From Centroscyllium fabricii (taxonomy: Eukaryota), in assembly GCA_051313645.2 (NCBI GenBank), contig JBNRSN020000006.1, positions 246,078,001-246,142,000 on the forward strand: DNA of 64,000 nucleotides. Direction: 5' to 3'. Shown here piece after piece: positions 1 to 13,611 of this stretch; position 1 is the stretch's first letter, and each line of letters begins with the position of its first letter. The notes under the pieces were generated by a model that worked only from the letters and a program-made list of their open reading frames with translations, did not search any database and was not told the DNA's origin. The position numbers and the translations under genes are program-made.

Positions 1-2324
1 CCACACTTGTGGACCCAAACATGATACAAGGCCTGATGGTCGCACCTTCAATTGCAGCATAGGCGGAAGCGACCCAATGTCTTAGACTGCTGCCATCATG
101 ACTGCGTTTACCAGTGTGGAAAGGGGCTTGCAGGGTAACACAGCAGTCCAGCAATTTGTCCTCCAACGGATTATGAGGATTGCTGAGGCACCACCCCGGG
201 GAAGTGGCAGTGGCTCCGTGGAACATAAACCTGCTGTCTTCTCTCAGGATGACAGCATTCATCCTCTGACCCCTGCCACTCCGCTAGTGCCCTTGCTGTT
301 GCCTGTCAGTCAGCCAGCCTAGACTGCTGTTGCCCATGCTGAGGCCATGCAGTCTACAGCCGGGCCTTCTAGGCCCACAGTTGCTTGAGGTCATCCTGCA
401 AGGCCATCTGAAGTCTCCCACACTGAAGGTCAGCAGCCCTCCACCATCCATGCTGCAGCTACTGGGGTAGCACTTCGTAGGACAGGCATAGGTATACGGA
501 AGACAGGCATTAAGGGAATGCATAAGTGTGATTAGTTGACTTTTTTTGTAATATTGGATGGATTGATGAATATCGTTGATTTAGAACATTCCTTTTGTGG
601 TGGCTTTCATTTCAGCAATGTGGCCAAGAGGACACTGTGATGGTCCATATCAGAGGGATGGTAAGGTGCGGGACTACTGTTGAATGTGAAATTGGGGTTG
701 CGTTCACTGGAACTGCAGTCAGGTGAGTTGATCACAGACAGCCTGGGCAAAAGGGGGCTGTCTGGGCTGCCTCCTCCGTTCCACTTCCTCCTCTTCCACT
801 TCCTCCCTCAGATCATCCTCGTCCTCTTTCTCCTCCTCTTTCTACTCCTCCTCAGCTGGTTGCCGTATGCTTGCTGACAAGGACTGTGCCCTTATGATGG
901 CGAGGTTGTAGAGCATGCAGCAGACCACAACAAACCTTAAGACATGCTCTGGTGAGCACTGCAGGGCTCCTCCAGAGCAGTCCAGGCAGCGGAACCTTTG
1001 CTTCAGCAGCCCAATGTTCTGCTCTATAATGTTTCATGTGGCAGCATGGCTCTCATTGTACGCATACTGATCGCACGTGGCTGGGTTGTGGAGCGAAGTC
1101 ATGAACCAGGTGGTCAAGGGATAGCCCTTGTTGCCCAACAGCCAGCCTCTGGTTTTATGTGGTGGCACAAAGACTGAGGGAATAGCAGACTGGCACAGCA
1201 TAAAAGCATCAGGCCTGCTGCCAGGATGGGCATTCACCATCACAATATGCCAAGCACAGTCACATACCAAGTGCGCATTCAGTGAGTGGAAACCTTTGCG
1301 GTTGTGGTACATCTAAGCATTTAGATGCAGTGCCCGCAAAGCCACATGAGTGTAGTCAATGGCGCCCTGCACCATGGGAAAGCCAGCTATCCTGACAAAG
1401 CAACATGTACGCTCTGCCTGCTTCTCTCTGTTCAGACAATGAAGACAATGAAGAAATCTCTCCTGGCATAAAGAGCGTCTGTCACTCCTTTTATGCAGCA
1501 GGGGATGGCGAACTGGGAGATGTTACAGTTGTTGCCTGCTCCAGCCTGGAAGGATCCCGAATCGAAGAAATGCATGGCCATGGTCACCTTCACAGCCACT
1601 GGAATCACTTTCCTTGCCCTGTTGTGAGGCTGCAGGACTGGTTGTAAAAGGCAGCAGAAATCTGAGAGCTGCTCCTTTGTAAAGCACAGACTCCTCACAC
1701 GCTGCTCTTGGCTCAGGCTGATGTAAGAGGATTGGTCTTGGAAGGCCCTAGTCAGGTAAGGTCTCCTGCTGAGAGCCCTTTTCCCCCTTCTCCATCTCCC
1801 TCTGTGAGCAGCTTGTCCTCTTCTTTGCTGCCTGTGCTCCATCTCCCTGTCATGCTGCAGGCCAAGGGGTAATGACACCTTGAGCACCCATGACTGGGAG
1901 CAAATGGTCTGAACAGGACCTTCTCCCTGCAGCACCACTCCCTGTCACCTCACCAACTTTAAACAACTCTGGAAAGCTCCAAACACTTCCACAAACTTAC
2001 ACAGAGCCAGTAGAAATTAATTAGCAACTAACTTTAGAGTGGTTGCTGATCCCTTTAAACAATGCTGGTGGGGGATCCTTGCTGATGCTGAATGTATGTT
2101 CAGCTCTGTGAGGTTAAGACAGTTGCACCCTGATAGGCATCACAGTCTTCGCACTCTGCATACTTCCGGTGATGCTGCTAGCGCCCGCCCTACTGCCCTC
2201 ACTATGATGGTGTGTGTCACGGCAAGCACCAGAAGTGTGCACGCACGGTGTGGACACCATTTTTGGCATAGAACGACACACATAGTGCCAAAAAATGAGG
2301 CACTACGGAGCCGAACTTTTCACC
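1..2324. mobile_element. Degenerate PIF/Harbinger DNA transposon, left end outside the window
   Basis: Transposase remnant on minus and accessory-gene 3' part on plus, the same convergent layout as the copy at 40933-48252; terminal-like sequence ...CCGAACTTTTCACC near 2324. Confidence 0.8.
704..1891 (-). pseudogene. Harbinger DDE transposase (HARBI1-like family), frameshifted
   Basis: Fragments [44 protein letters not shown] and an acidic C-terminal tract match the 46419-47719 transposase. Confidence 0.9.
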
Positions 2325-2420
2325 TGTAATGTTTCCCAGTACTTTCTCTTTTTATAAACCTGGGAGTCTGCCATTAGATTTAGGTGCCATGCCTTCAACT
2401 GATAGCTTCCGCTTTCTTAG

Positions 2421-2483
2421 AATAATATTGAGTACATAATGGCACAAGAACAGTGGCTTTTTCCAGCTATGAATTTTCACACG
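2421..2483 (+). CDS. Candidate 63-nt internal exon of an unidentified host gene (NNIEYIMAQEQWLFPAMNFHT)
   Basis: Acceptor ccgctttcttag, donor ACG|gtgagt; only phase 0 is open; non-repetitive context. Confidence 0.5.
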
Positions 2484-2736
2484 GTGAGTTTATGATCTTG
2501 GTCTTGCCATCAGACAGTGACGCTGAGCAGAGGTTAGGTGCTTCAGGAATTGAAACAGGAAAAGTCACCATAGGCTGCCACTATATGCCTATTATTGGCT
2601 GGTTACAGAGCTGAGAATTGAATTGGCCACTGCTTTAGTAACAGATAGTCTGTCTGCCTTTTTTCAATAGGCATGAGTGTGCCAAAGCTAAAGAGTAGAA
2701 AACAATGAGATAACTCAACAATTTTACAACATCTTT

Positions 2737-3150
2737 AAAAAGAACTTGCATTTATATAGCTCCTTTCACATTCTCAAGACATCCCAAATTATTTCGCAGC
2801 CAATGAATTATTTCTGAAGTGTAGGTTAGCAGCCAAACTCAGCAGCTAATTTGCTTGCTGTAAAGCCCCACAAGTTAAATGACCCGTTAATCTGTTTTGG
2901 TTGAGGGATGAATGTTTTCCAAGACACCAGGAGAACTCCTTGGTCTCCTGTGAAAAAGTGTAGTGGAACCTTTAACATCCATCTGAACAGACAGGGCCTT
3001 GTTACAGCAACGCATCAGAAAGATAGCACTGCCAAGAATGCAGCACTTCCTGTGGCTGCACGGAAGTGCCAACCAATATTATATAGTCAGGTCCAAGAGG
3101 GAGGTTTGAACCCTGACTCAGAAGCAAGGGTGCTACCACTTAGCCACACT
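2737..3150 (-). mobile_element. tRNA-headed SINE with L2-type tail (DeuSINE/SacSINE1-like)
   Basis: Minus strand begins GTGGCTAAGTGGTAGC...GGGTTCAAACC (A/B boxes) and ends ...GCTATATAAATGCAAGTTCTTTT. Confidence 0.65.
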
Positions 3151-3199
3151 GGTTGTGATTAAAGGCAACAATTTTGTTCCAATGAATACAGTGTTACAT

Positions 3200-3763
3200 C
3201 TTTTCTCCATTCCTGGCTGGCCTCTCACATTCTACCCTACGGAAACTTGAGGTCATCCAAAACTCGGCTGCCCGTGTACTAATTCGCACCAAGTCTCGTT
3301 CGCCCATCACCCCCGTGCTCGCTGGTTCCTGGTTAAGCAATGCCTCGATTTCAAAATTCTCATCCTTGTTTTCAAATCCCTCCATGGCCTCACCCCTTCC
3401 TATCTCTGTAATCTCCTCCAGTCCCGCAACCCCCCCCACCCCCCCGAGATATCTGCACTCCTCTAATTCTGCCCTCGTGAGGATCCCTGATTATAATCGC
3501 TCAACCATTGGTGGCCATGCCTTTTGTTCCCTAGGCCCTAAGCTCTGGAATTCCCTGCCTAAACTTCTCCACCTCGCTACCTCTCTTTCCTCCTTCAAAA
3601 TGCTCCTTAAAACCTACCTCTTTGACCAAGGTTTTGGTCATCTACTCTAATTTCTCGTTCTGTGACTCAGTGTCAAATTTTTTGTCTTATAACACTCCTG
3701 TGAAGCACCTTGGGACATTTTATTATGTTAAAGGCGCTATATAAATACAAGTTGTTGTTGTTG
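3200..3763 (+). mobile_element. L2 LINE 3' fragment
   Basis: AFCSLGPKLWNSLP...SFKMLLKTYLF C-terminal motif; tail AGGCGCTATATAAATACAAG(TTG)n. Confidence 0.85.
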
Positions 3764-3769
3764 CTATGC

Positions 3770-4450
3770 AATCAGTGATTAGAGACAAAGTAGGTGAGGT
3801 GACTGGAGGCAAGGTCAAAGTGGTAGATTTTGAGGAGGCTTTCGAAGGAAGGAACAGAGTTGGAAAGATTTAAGGAGAGCATTCTAGACTGCAGGGTCAA
3901 AGTAGCTGAAGGCAGAGTAGGAATGGTGGGAGGAATTCAAGGAAGGCCAGAGCTGTAAAAGCAGAGGATACGATTTGGGAGGCAGGGTTGGATGTATTTG
4001 TAGAGGTGAAGAGGGAGGAGGCCATGATGGGACTTGTGAAGAAGGACATGGATTTTGAATTTGATGCATTTAGGGATGGGGAGACAATGGTGGTTGGCAA
4101 GGACTTGCGTTGCAGGATCTAATGTGGGATAGAATGCAAGTGGTAGAGCTTTGAATGTATTGCAGTTTCTGAAGGGTGGAACTTAAGAGGCCAACAAGGA
4201 AAGCAATGATGGCAGATGGGAGACAGGTGGTCTTGATGGTTGCTATGATGTGAAGTTTGAAGCTTAGCTCAGGGTCAAACTGGACACAAAGATAAACAAC
4301 CATCAGGTTCATCCTGAGCAAACAGTCAAGGAGGGGGATGTAATCATACTCCAGGGTGGAGAATTTTGGCTTGGAGCCGATCAGGCTGGATTCAATTCTG
4401 CCAATGTTAGGTTAAAGACAATTTTTGCGCATCTATGATTTGATGTTGAA
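3770..4450 (-). mobile_element. Old L2 LINE fragment
   Basis: Degenerate L2 ORF2 C-terminal peptides on minus (FDPELSF, LQKLQYIQ). Confidence 0.65.
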
Positions 4451-4461
4451 GAAAATGGTAC

Positions 4462-7400
4462 GCAGCATAGTGGTTATGCTACTGGACTAGTAATCCAGAG
4501 GCCTGGACTAATGATCCAGAAATATCAATTCAAATCCCACCACAGCAACTGGGGAATTTAAAATAGTTAATTAAATAATTTTTGAATAAAAAGCTCGTAT
4601 CAGTAATGGTGTTGATGAAACGATTGGATTGTTGAAAAAACTCAAATTATACAGAGGTGCAAGAACTATAGAGTAGTAATGATGGGGGACTTCAATTGTC
4701 CTAATATGGACTGGGCTAGTAATAGTGTAAAGGGCAGAGATGAGGAAGAATTTCTGAAGTGTGTTCAGGAGAACTTTCTTGATCAGTATGTTTCTGACCC
4801 AACGAGGAAGGAGGCATTGCTGTATCTGGTTCTGGGGAATGAGGTAGGTCAAGTGGAGCAAGTGTCAGTAGGGGAACATTTAGGGAACAGTGATCATAGT
4901 ATCATAACATTTAAATAAGCTATGGAAAAGGATAGCGAGCAATCTAGAGTAAAATTACTTGATTGGAGGAAGGCAAATTTCAGTGGGTTGAGAATGGATC
5001 TGGCCTGGGTAAATTGGAATCAAAGATTGGCAGGCAAAACTGTAATCGAACAATGGACCGCCTTTAAAGAGGAGATGAATAATGAGACAGAAAAAGATGC
5101 CAGGTTGAGAGTACAAGTGAGAATCAGGCAGAATAAAGAAAGTTCAGAGGGGAAGTGAAAAAGAAAATAAGAGGGACAAAGAGTGAGTATGAAAATAGAT
5201 TAGCAGCTAACATAAAAGGTAATTCAAAAGTCTTCTATACCATATAAATAATAAATGGGTAGTAAGAGGAGGGGTGGGGTCGATTAGGGAGCAACAAGGG
5301 GACCTACGCATGGAGGCAGAGGGTATGGCTGAGGTAATAAATGAGTACTTTGCATCTGTATTCACCAAGGAAGAAGATGCTGCAAAAGTTATAGTGAAAG
5401 AGGAGGTAGTAGAGATACTGGATGAAATAAAAATTGATAAAGAGGACGTACTAGAAAGACTGTCTTAAAGTTGATAAATCACCAGGACTGGATGGGATGC
5501 ATTCCAGGATGCTGAGGGAGGTTAAAGAGGAAATCACCATAATCTTCCAATCCTCCTTAGACACGGGGGTGGTGCCAGAGGACTGGAGAATTGCAAATGT
5601 TACACCCTTGTTCACACAAGGGTGCAAGGATAAACACAACAACTGCAGGCCAGTCAGTTTAACCTCAGTAGTGGGGAAGTTTTTAGAAATGATAATCAGG
5701 GACAAAATTAACAGTTACTTGGACAAGTGTGGATTAATTAAGGAAAGCCAGCACGGATTTGTTAAAGGCAAATCGTGATTAACGAACTGAATCGAGTTTT
5801 TTGATGAGGTAACAGAGAGGGTTGATGAAGGCAATGCGGTAGATGTGATGTATATGGACTTCCAAAAGACATTTGATAAAGTACCACATAATAGGCTTGC
5901 CAGCAAAGTTGAAGCCCATTTAATAAAAGGGACAGTGGCAGCATGGATACAAAATTGGCTAAGTGACAGGAAACAGAGAGTAGTGGTGAACGGTTGTTTT
6001 TCGGACAGGAGGAAGTTATACAGTGTTGTTCCCCAGGGGTCGGTACTCAGACCACTGCTTTTCTTGATATATATTAATGACTTAGACTTGGGAGTAGAGG
6101 GTACAATTTCAAAATTTGCAGATGACACAAAACTTGGAAGCATAGTGAACAGTGAGGAGGAGAGTGATAGACTTCAAGAGGCCATAGACAAGCTGTGAAA
6201 TGGGTGGGCATGTGGCAGATGAAACTTAACGCAGAAAAGTGCAAAGTGATACATTTTGGTTGGACGAACAAGGAGAGGAAATATAATCTAAAGGGTACAA
6301 TTCTAAAGGGGGTGCATGAACAGAGAGAACTAGGGGTATATGTGCACAAATCATTGAGATGGCAGGACAGTTTGAGAAAGTGGTTAAAAAAGCATACGGG
6401 ATCCTGGGATTCATAAATAGAAGCATAGAGTACAAAAGCAAGGAAGCTATGATGAACCTGTATAAAACACTGGTTCGGCCTCAACTGAAGTCTTGTATTC
6501 AATTCTGGGCACCGCACTTTAGGAAGGATGTGATGACCTTACAGAGGGTGCAGAAAAGGTTAACGAGAATGATTCCAGAGATGAGGGACTTCAGTTACGT
6601 TGCTAGATTGGAGAAGCTGGGGGTATTCTCCTTGGAGCAGAGAAGATTGAGAGGCGATTTGATATAGGTGTTCAAAATCATGAGGGGTCTAGACAGAGTA
6701 GATAGAGAGAAACTGTTCCTATTGGTGTAAGGGTCGAGAACCAGAGGCCACAGATTTAAGGTGATTGGTAAAAGAATCAAAGGCGACATAAGGAAAAACT
6801 TTTTTATGCAGCGAGTGGTTAGCATCCGGAATGCACTGCCTGAAAGGATGGTGGAGGCAGATTAAATCATGGCTTTCAAAAGGGAATTGGATAAGTACCT
6901 GAAGGAAACATTTCTGCTGGGCTACGAGGAAAGGGCAGGGGAGTGGGACTAGCTGAAATGCTCTTGCAGAGAGCCAGCACAGGCTCAGCAGGCCTAATGT
7001 CCTCCTTCTGTGCTGTAACCATTCTATGATTCTACGATTCTATGACTCTATGGTTCACTAATCTGCCGTCCTTACCTGGTCTGCCCTATATAAGACTCCA
7101 GTAATGTGGTTGACTCTTAACTGCTCTCTGAAATGGCCTAGCAAGCCACTCACGTATATCAACCACTACCAAAAACAGTAATAAAAATAAACTGGACGGA
7201 CCACCTGGCATCGACCTAGGCACCGGCTTCAGACACGACAATGACACACCCAGCCCAGTCGACGCTGCAAAGTCTTCCTCACTAACATCTGGGGACTTGT
7301 GCCAAAATTGGGAGAGCTGTCCCACAGACTAGTCATGCAACAGCCTGACATATTCACACTCACAGAATCATACCTTCCAGCCAATGACCCAGACTCTTTC

Positions 7401-9912
7401 ATCACCATCCCTGGGTATGTCCTGTCCCACTGGCAGGACAGACCCACAAGAGGTGGGGGTACAGTGGTAAGCAGTCAGGAGGGAGTGGCCCTGGGGGTCC
7501 TCAACATTGACACTGCACCCCATGAAGTCTCATGGCTTCAGGTCAAGCATGGGCAAGGAAACCTCCGGCTGATTACCAACTACCATCCTCCCTCCCTCAG
7601 CTGATGAGTCAGTACTCCTCCATGTTGAACACCACTTGGAAGAAGCACTGAGAGTAGCAAGGGCACAGAATGTACTCTGGATGGAGGATTTTAATGTCCA
7701 TCACCAAGAGTGGCTCGGTAGCACCACTACTGACCGAGCTGGCCGAGTCTTGAAGGATGTAAGAACCAAAGTGGGCCTGCAGCAGGTGGTGGGAGAACAA
7801 ACACGAGGGAAAAACCTACTGACCTCATCCTCACCAATTTACCTGTCGTAGGTGCATCTGTCCATGACAGTATTGGTAGGACTGACCACTGCACAGTTCT
7901 TGTTGAGACGAAGTTCCGTCTTCACACTTAGGACCCTCTATCGTGATGTGTGGCACTACCACATGCTAAATGGGATAGATTCAGAACAGATCTAGCATCT
8001 CAAAACTGGGCATCCATGAGGCGCTGTGGGCCATCAGTAGCAGCAGAATTGTAATCCACCACAATCTATAACCTCATGGCCCAGCATATCCCTCACTCTA
8101 CCATTACCATCAAGTTAGGAGACCAACCCTGGTTCAGTGACGAGTGCAGATCAAAGCTCTGCAGTTCTGCCACATCTAGTCATGAATGATGGTAGACAAT
8201 TAAACAACTAACGGGAGAAGGAGGCTCCATGAATATCCCCATCCTTAATGATGGTGGAACCCAGCATGAGTGCAAAAGACAAGTTTGAAGCATTTCCAAC
8301 CATCGTCAGCAAGAAGTGCCAAGTGGAGGATCCATCTCTGCCTCCTCCTGACATCCTCACCAACACAGAAGTCAATCTTCAGCCAATTCAATTCACTCCA
8401 CGTGATATCAAGAAACAGCTGAGTGCACTAGATGCAGCACAGGCTATGGGCCCTGACAACATCCCAGCTGACATGCTGATGACTTGTGCTCCAGAATTAG
8501 CCATGCCTCTAGCCAAGCTGTTCCAGTACAACTACAACACTAGCATCTATCTGACAATGTGGAAAACTGCCCAGGTATGTCCTGTCCACAAAAAGCAGGA
8601 CAAATCCAATCCAGCCAAATACGCTGCATCAGTTTACTCTCAGTCATTAGCAAAGTGATGGAAGGTGTCTTCAACAGTGCTATCAAGTGGCACTTTCTCA
8701 CCATAATTTGCTCATCGATGCTTAGTTTTGGGTACCACCAGGATCACTTGGCACCAGACCTCATTACAGCCTGAGTCGAAACATGGACAAAAGAGCTGAA
8801 TTCCAGAGGTGAGGTGAGAGAGACTGCCCCTTGACATCATGTTAACATATGATCGAGTGTGGCATCAAGGAGTCCTCGTAAAACTGAAGTCAATTAGAAT
8901 CAAGGAGAAAACTCTCCACTGGCTGGAGTCATACCTAGCACAAAGGAAGGTGGTTGTGGTGGTTGGAGATCAATCATCACAGCCCCAGGATATCGCTGCA
9001 GGAGTTTCTCAGGGCAGTGTCCTAGGCCCAACCATCTTCAGTTGCTTCATCAGTGACCTTCTCTCCATCATAAGGTCAGAAGTGGGAATGTTCACTGATG
9101 ATTGCACAGTCTTCAGTTCCATTCACAACTCCTCAAATAATGATGCATTCCATACCCGCATGCAGCAAGACCTGGACAATGTTCAAGCTTGGGCTGATAA
9201 GTGGCAAGTAACCGTCACACCACACAAGCGCTAGGCAATGACTATCTCCAACAAGACAGCATCTAACCACTGCCCCTTGACATTCAATGGGACTAACATC
9301 ACCAAATCCCCCACCATCAACATCCTTGGGGTCACCATTGACCAGAAACTTAACTGGACCAGCCACTTAAATAGTGTGGCTACAATAGCAGCTCAGAGGC
9401 TGGGTATTCAGCAATGAGTGTCTCTCCTTCTGACTCCCCAAAGCCTTTCCACCATCAACAAGGCACAAGTAAGGAGTGTGACGGAATACTCTCCACATGC
9501 CGGGATGAGTGCAACTCCAACAACACTCAAGAAGCTCGACACCATCCAGGAAAAAGCAGCCTGCTGGCTTGGCACCCCATCCACCATATTAAACATTCAC
9601 TCTCTCTACCATTGGTGCACCGTGGCTGCAGTGTGTACCATCTACAAGATGCACTGCAGCAACTTGCCAAGGCTTCTTTGGCTGCACCTCCAAATTCCCC
9701 TCCAAGTCACACACCATCCTAACTTGGAAATATATTGCCATTCCTTCATCGTTGCTGGGTCAAAATCCTGGAACTCCCTCCCTAACAGCACTGTGGGAGT
9801 ACCTTCACCCCATGGACTGCAGCGGTTTAAGAAGGTGGCTCACCACCACCTTCTCAAGGACAATTAAGGATGGGCAATAAACACCCACATCCCAGGAACG
9901 AATTTAAAAAAA
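4462..9912 (+). mobile_element. Non-LTR element with tRNA-like 5' head followed by an APE-RT pseudo-ORF; interrupted by CR1 at 4645-7050
   Basis: tRNA-like head with B box ATTCAAATCCC; SINE-like body resumes at 7051; APE motifs (LTES, DFNVH), RT motifs (QGSVLGP, FTDD); tail CCCACATCCCAGGAACGAATTT-A(n). Confidence 0.8.
4645..7050 (+). mobile_element. CR1 LINE, 5'-truncated, degenerate ORF2
   Basis: MGDFN, RPVSLTSVVGK, PQGSVL, KFADDTKL motifs; (ATTCTATG)n tail. Confidence 0.95.
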
Positions 9913-10005
9913 CTGTGATGCCTTAACTAAAAAGCTTAATTACACTTTTTTCCTCCGGTTACACATAAAAGTGGATTTAAACATGAGAACTTGCACTGTA
10001 TGAGA

Positions 10006-10304
10006 TTATGATGTGGCGGTGCCGGTGTTGGACTGGGGTGGACAAATGTAAGAAGTCACACAACACCAGGTTATAGTCCAACAGTTTTATTTGAAATCAC
10101 AAGCTTCCAGAGTGCTGCTCCTTCGTCAGGTGAAGTGAAGAGATGCACATAGGCACAGCATATATAGTCAGCATTGTTTTCTGACTATATATGCTGTGCC
10201 TGTGTGCATCTCTTCACTTCACCTTCCTCAGCTGCGCTCCGAAAGCTTGTGATTTCAAATAAAACTGTTGGACTATAACCTGGTGTTGTGTGACTTCTTA
10301 CATT
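10006..10304. mobile_element. Penelope-like inverted pseudo-LTR pair
   Basis: Inverted arms ~10042-10171 and 10181-10306; flanking direct repeat TGTATGAGA at 9997-10005 and 10305-10313; damaged hammerhead cores. Confidence 0.8.
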
Positions 10305-10451
10305 TGTATGAGACTAACACATTAAAATGATTTTTTTTACTGTATCACACAGTTTAATTTGAATCATACAGCGTACAGATATTAATATTACAGTAGAAGT
10401 TGTGTAGCTATAATTAGTTGAAAAAATAAGCAATTACCTTTTTAATTATAG

Positions 10452-10483
10452 GCCCAAAAAGAACTGAGAAAGGAGGTGCCACT
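10452..10483 (+). CDS. Candidate 32-nt micro-exon (AQKELRKEVP in phase 0, or PKRTEKGGAT in phase 1)
   Basis: Acceptor ttacctttttaattatag, donor ACT|gtaagg; unique AT-rich context. Confidence 0.4.
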
Positions 10484-11038
10484 GTAAGGATTGATGCTGA
10501 GCATTTCAATCACAATAGTGAGAAAATCAATCACACATTATGACTGTGTCTGTGTGTGTGAGGGAGAGTTTGTCTGATTTGTTGTATTTTAGACAGAATG
10601 CTTCCATACAATCATCAAGTATCGAACATTCAAGGAAATTGCCTGCCATAAAGTAATGACTCTCCATTGAAGGTTAAAACCTTTGAAATACAGATGATAG
10701 AAGCCCAATGAAACATTGTATTGCCTGCATTTAGTTCAGTTGAATAGACAAATGTCTCTCTCCACTTTAAACGACAGAAAACAGCGGTTAATTGCAAATC
10801 TATTATATAGAGAATAACAGTTGGCTGAACACCAAGAATTTGAATGTCAGTCAAATTCTTCTACTGTTTATAACCTTGAATACAATCATCCTTTTTTTCT
10901 AATGTTTGCAGTGTAGAATCTTCTTTCCATCTCTGAGCTCTCTTATTCAAATTCTGACACTAGCGGGGAGAAATTCGATAACATCCCGTTTAGGGCGCTA
11001 ACTTTTAAAAGTTGAAAAAATTAGCACCAGGCGCTAAT

Positions 11039-11818
11039 ATTGGAATATAATGTGGAGAAACGTGAAGTTATCCATTTTGGCAAGAAAAATAGAAAAGCAG
11101 AATATTTTTTAAATGGTGATAGATTGGGAAATGTTGGTGTTCAGAGGGACCTGGGTGTCCTTGTACATGAATCACTGAAAGTTAACATGCAGGTACAGCA
11201 AGCAATTAGGAAAGCAAATGGTATGTAAGAGTAAAGACGTCTTACTGCAATTATATAGGGCCCTGGTGAGAGCACACCTGGAGTATTGTGTAAAGTTTTG
11301 GTCTCCTTACCAACGGAAGGATATACTTGCCATAGAGGGAGTGCAACGAAGGTTCACCAGACTGGTTCTTGGGATGGGGGAGATTGTCCTATGAGGCGAG
11401 ATTGAGTAGACTCGGCCTATATTCTCTAGAGTTTAGAAGAATGAGAGGTGATCTCATTGAAACATACAAAATTCTTACAGGGCTTGACAGGGTAGATGCA
11501 GGGAGGATGATTCCCCTGGCTGGGGAGTCTAGAACCAGGGGTCACAGTCTCAGAATAAGGGGTCAGCCATTTAGGACAGAGATGAGGAGAAATTCTTTGG
11601 AATTCTCTACCCCAGAGGGCTGTGAAGGCTCAGTCGTTGAGTATATTCAAGACAGGGATCGATAGAATTTTGAATATTAAGGGAATCAAGGGATATGGAG
11701 ATAGTGCAGGAAAGTGGAGATGAGATAGAAGATCAGCCATAATCTTATTGAATGGCAGAGCAGGCTCGAGTGGCCAAATGGCTGACTCCTGCTCCTATTC
11801 CTTATGTTCTTATGTTCT
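11039..11818 (+). mobile_element. CR1 LINE 3' fragment
   Basis: QRDLGVLVH, LGLYSLEFRRMRGDLIETYK; (TTATGTTC)n tail. Confidence 0.95.
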
Positions 11819-11974
11819 CGACCTCAGGATACTCCGTAGTCGTAGAATTACATGTGAAATTTAGATTGTCTTCATTTCAGATTGTGAATACTGACTGAGA
11901 TGTACATATTTTCATTGTTACTAATGAAAGAAAGAACTTGCATTTATTCGTGACCTCAGGTTGTCCCAAAATCT

Positions 11975-12255
11975 GAAGATGGCATATCATCTTTGACTAC
12001 CTTGATTAGTTCTTTCATGAAGTAATGGAGAGAGTTGATGAGCATGGTGCAGTTGATGTTGTGTATATGGACTTTCAAAAACTGTTTGACAAAGCACCAC
12101 TTGTTAGCAAAATTAAAGCCCAAGGGATTAAAGAGGCAGTGGCAGTGTGGATGTAAAATTGGGGAAGGGACAGAAAGCATAGAGTAATGGTGAGCGGTGT
12201 TTTTCAGACTGGAGGGAAGTATACATGGTGTTACCCAGGGGTAGGTATTAGGACA
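11975..12255 (+). mobile_element. Old CR1 RT fragment
   Basis: Sequence similar to 5770-6050 (VDVVYMDFQK region). Confidence 0.7.
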
Positions 12256-12257
12256 AC

Positions 12258-12530
12258 CGGAGGAAAGATTATGTAGTGCCCCCTTTCAAAGGAGGCGTTA
12301 ATGGTGCCGTGCCAGGCGCTGGTTGATTTGCACCCCGTTAGTGCCCTTGTAGGAAGTATGAGGAGAGACAATGGGAGAAAAATTAAGTTGGTTGCATCTC
12401 CCGTTAGCGCCTTAGGAGGGCGCTAATGGGGAGCAACACGACTCGCGCCCGGGCGCAGTGATTTTAGCGCCGCTCGGGAAATTGACTAGACATTTTGCGG
12501 CAGCGCTAAACAATAGTGCCCAATCTCTTG
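12258..12530. mobile_element. GC-rich Harbinger-type MITE remnant (related end at ~10965-11038)
   Basis: Repeated GCGCTAA/TTAGCGCC subterminal motifs shared with 10965-11038. Confidence 0.4.
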
Positions 12531-13611
12531 CACACGCAGATCTTGACTTCCCTATTGATTTCTTAGTTGTTAACTCACTCACTCTGTGAGGAGGACCCAC
12601 CCTCCTGGGGGTCTGGGTTCTTACTTCAGGAGACTAAACACGTCGGTCAGTCTGTCACTTTTTCAGTAACTCACAAAGTCAGAAACGGTAAAATAATTAA
12701 AGTTTATTACCCAGTACCGGTACTTCACTCTGTGAGACCCCCTTGTGTTTGCACACAAGTAATAGCAACCCAGAAGTGCCCCCTTTCTCGCTCTGAGACT
12801 GCAATTATTTATACAAATATATAAATGCAAAAAGACCTTGCAAAACGATTAAACGTACATGCTCAGCGAATAGAGACAATACAAATCCAATTAAATGTCA
12901 ACATCTTGTGTTGACTCCTACTAATCTTGCAGCTGCAGCTATTGTTATGAAAAAGATCTCGAAACAGACTGTCGCTGTACTTCTTACCTCTTTGCTTGTA
13001 CTTTTAACCCATGTCAAACTATAGTAAAGCAATCTAGAATTAGACAAAGTTTATCATAGTGACTATCTTATATTGATGGCCTCAAGTTTTGCTCTTGCCT
13101 ACAAGTGGAAACACTCTCTCTGGCCTGGATATTAACAGGGGAGGGTTAGTAGGCGGGGCGGGTGGGCAGAGTTTTGGACGGGAATCCCGGGAGTCTTTTG
13201 CCCCTTACAGGTTTCAGCCCATGTCTGTGAAAAAAACTCAAAAACTATTTCCCAGCTCCAATATTCCATGGATAAATATTTGGTGTTCCTCAGGCTCACA
13301 AGTTCCTCACTTCTGCCTGTCTCAGATGATCCTGACAAAAGGAATGCCCGAAAAACTCAGAACATAACTTCTGGAATTTCCTGTGGCAATGCCACTGGCC
13401 TTCATTTTGATATATTTAAATAAGCACCATGGGGGATTCGAGGAAAGAAACAAAAAATGATTGCAAACTCAGAGATAATGATTTTGGGGGCAGACGTCCA
13501 ACTGAAATAGTTTCCACCACAATTTGCAAGCCAAGATATGGAGGTGTCCCAATTTTAGGCCCCAGAAATACTGAAAAGAAAAAGGAATTTCAAGGCCTAT
13601 TAAATTTGACA

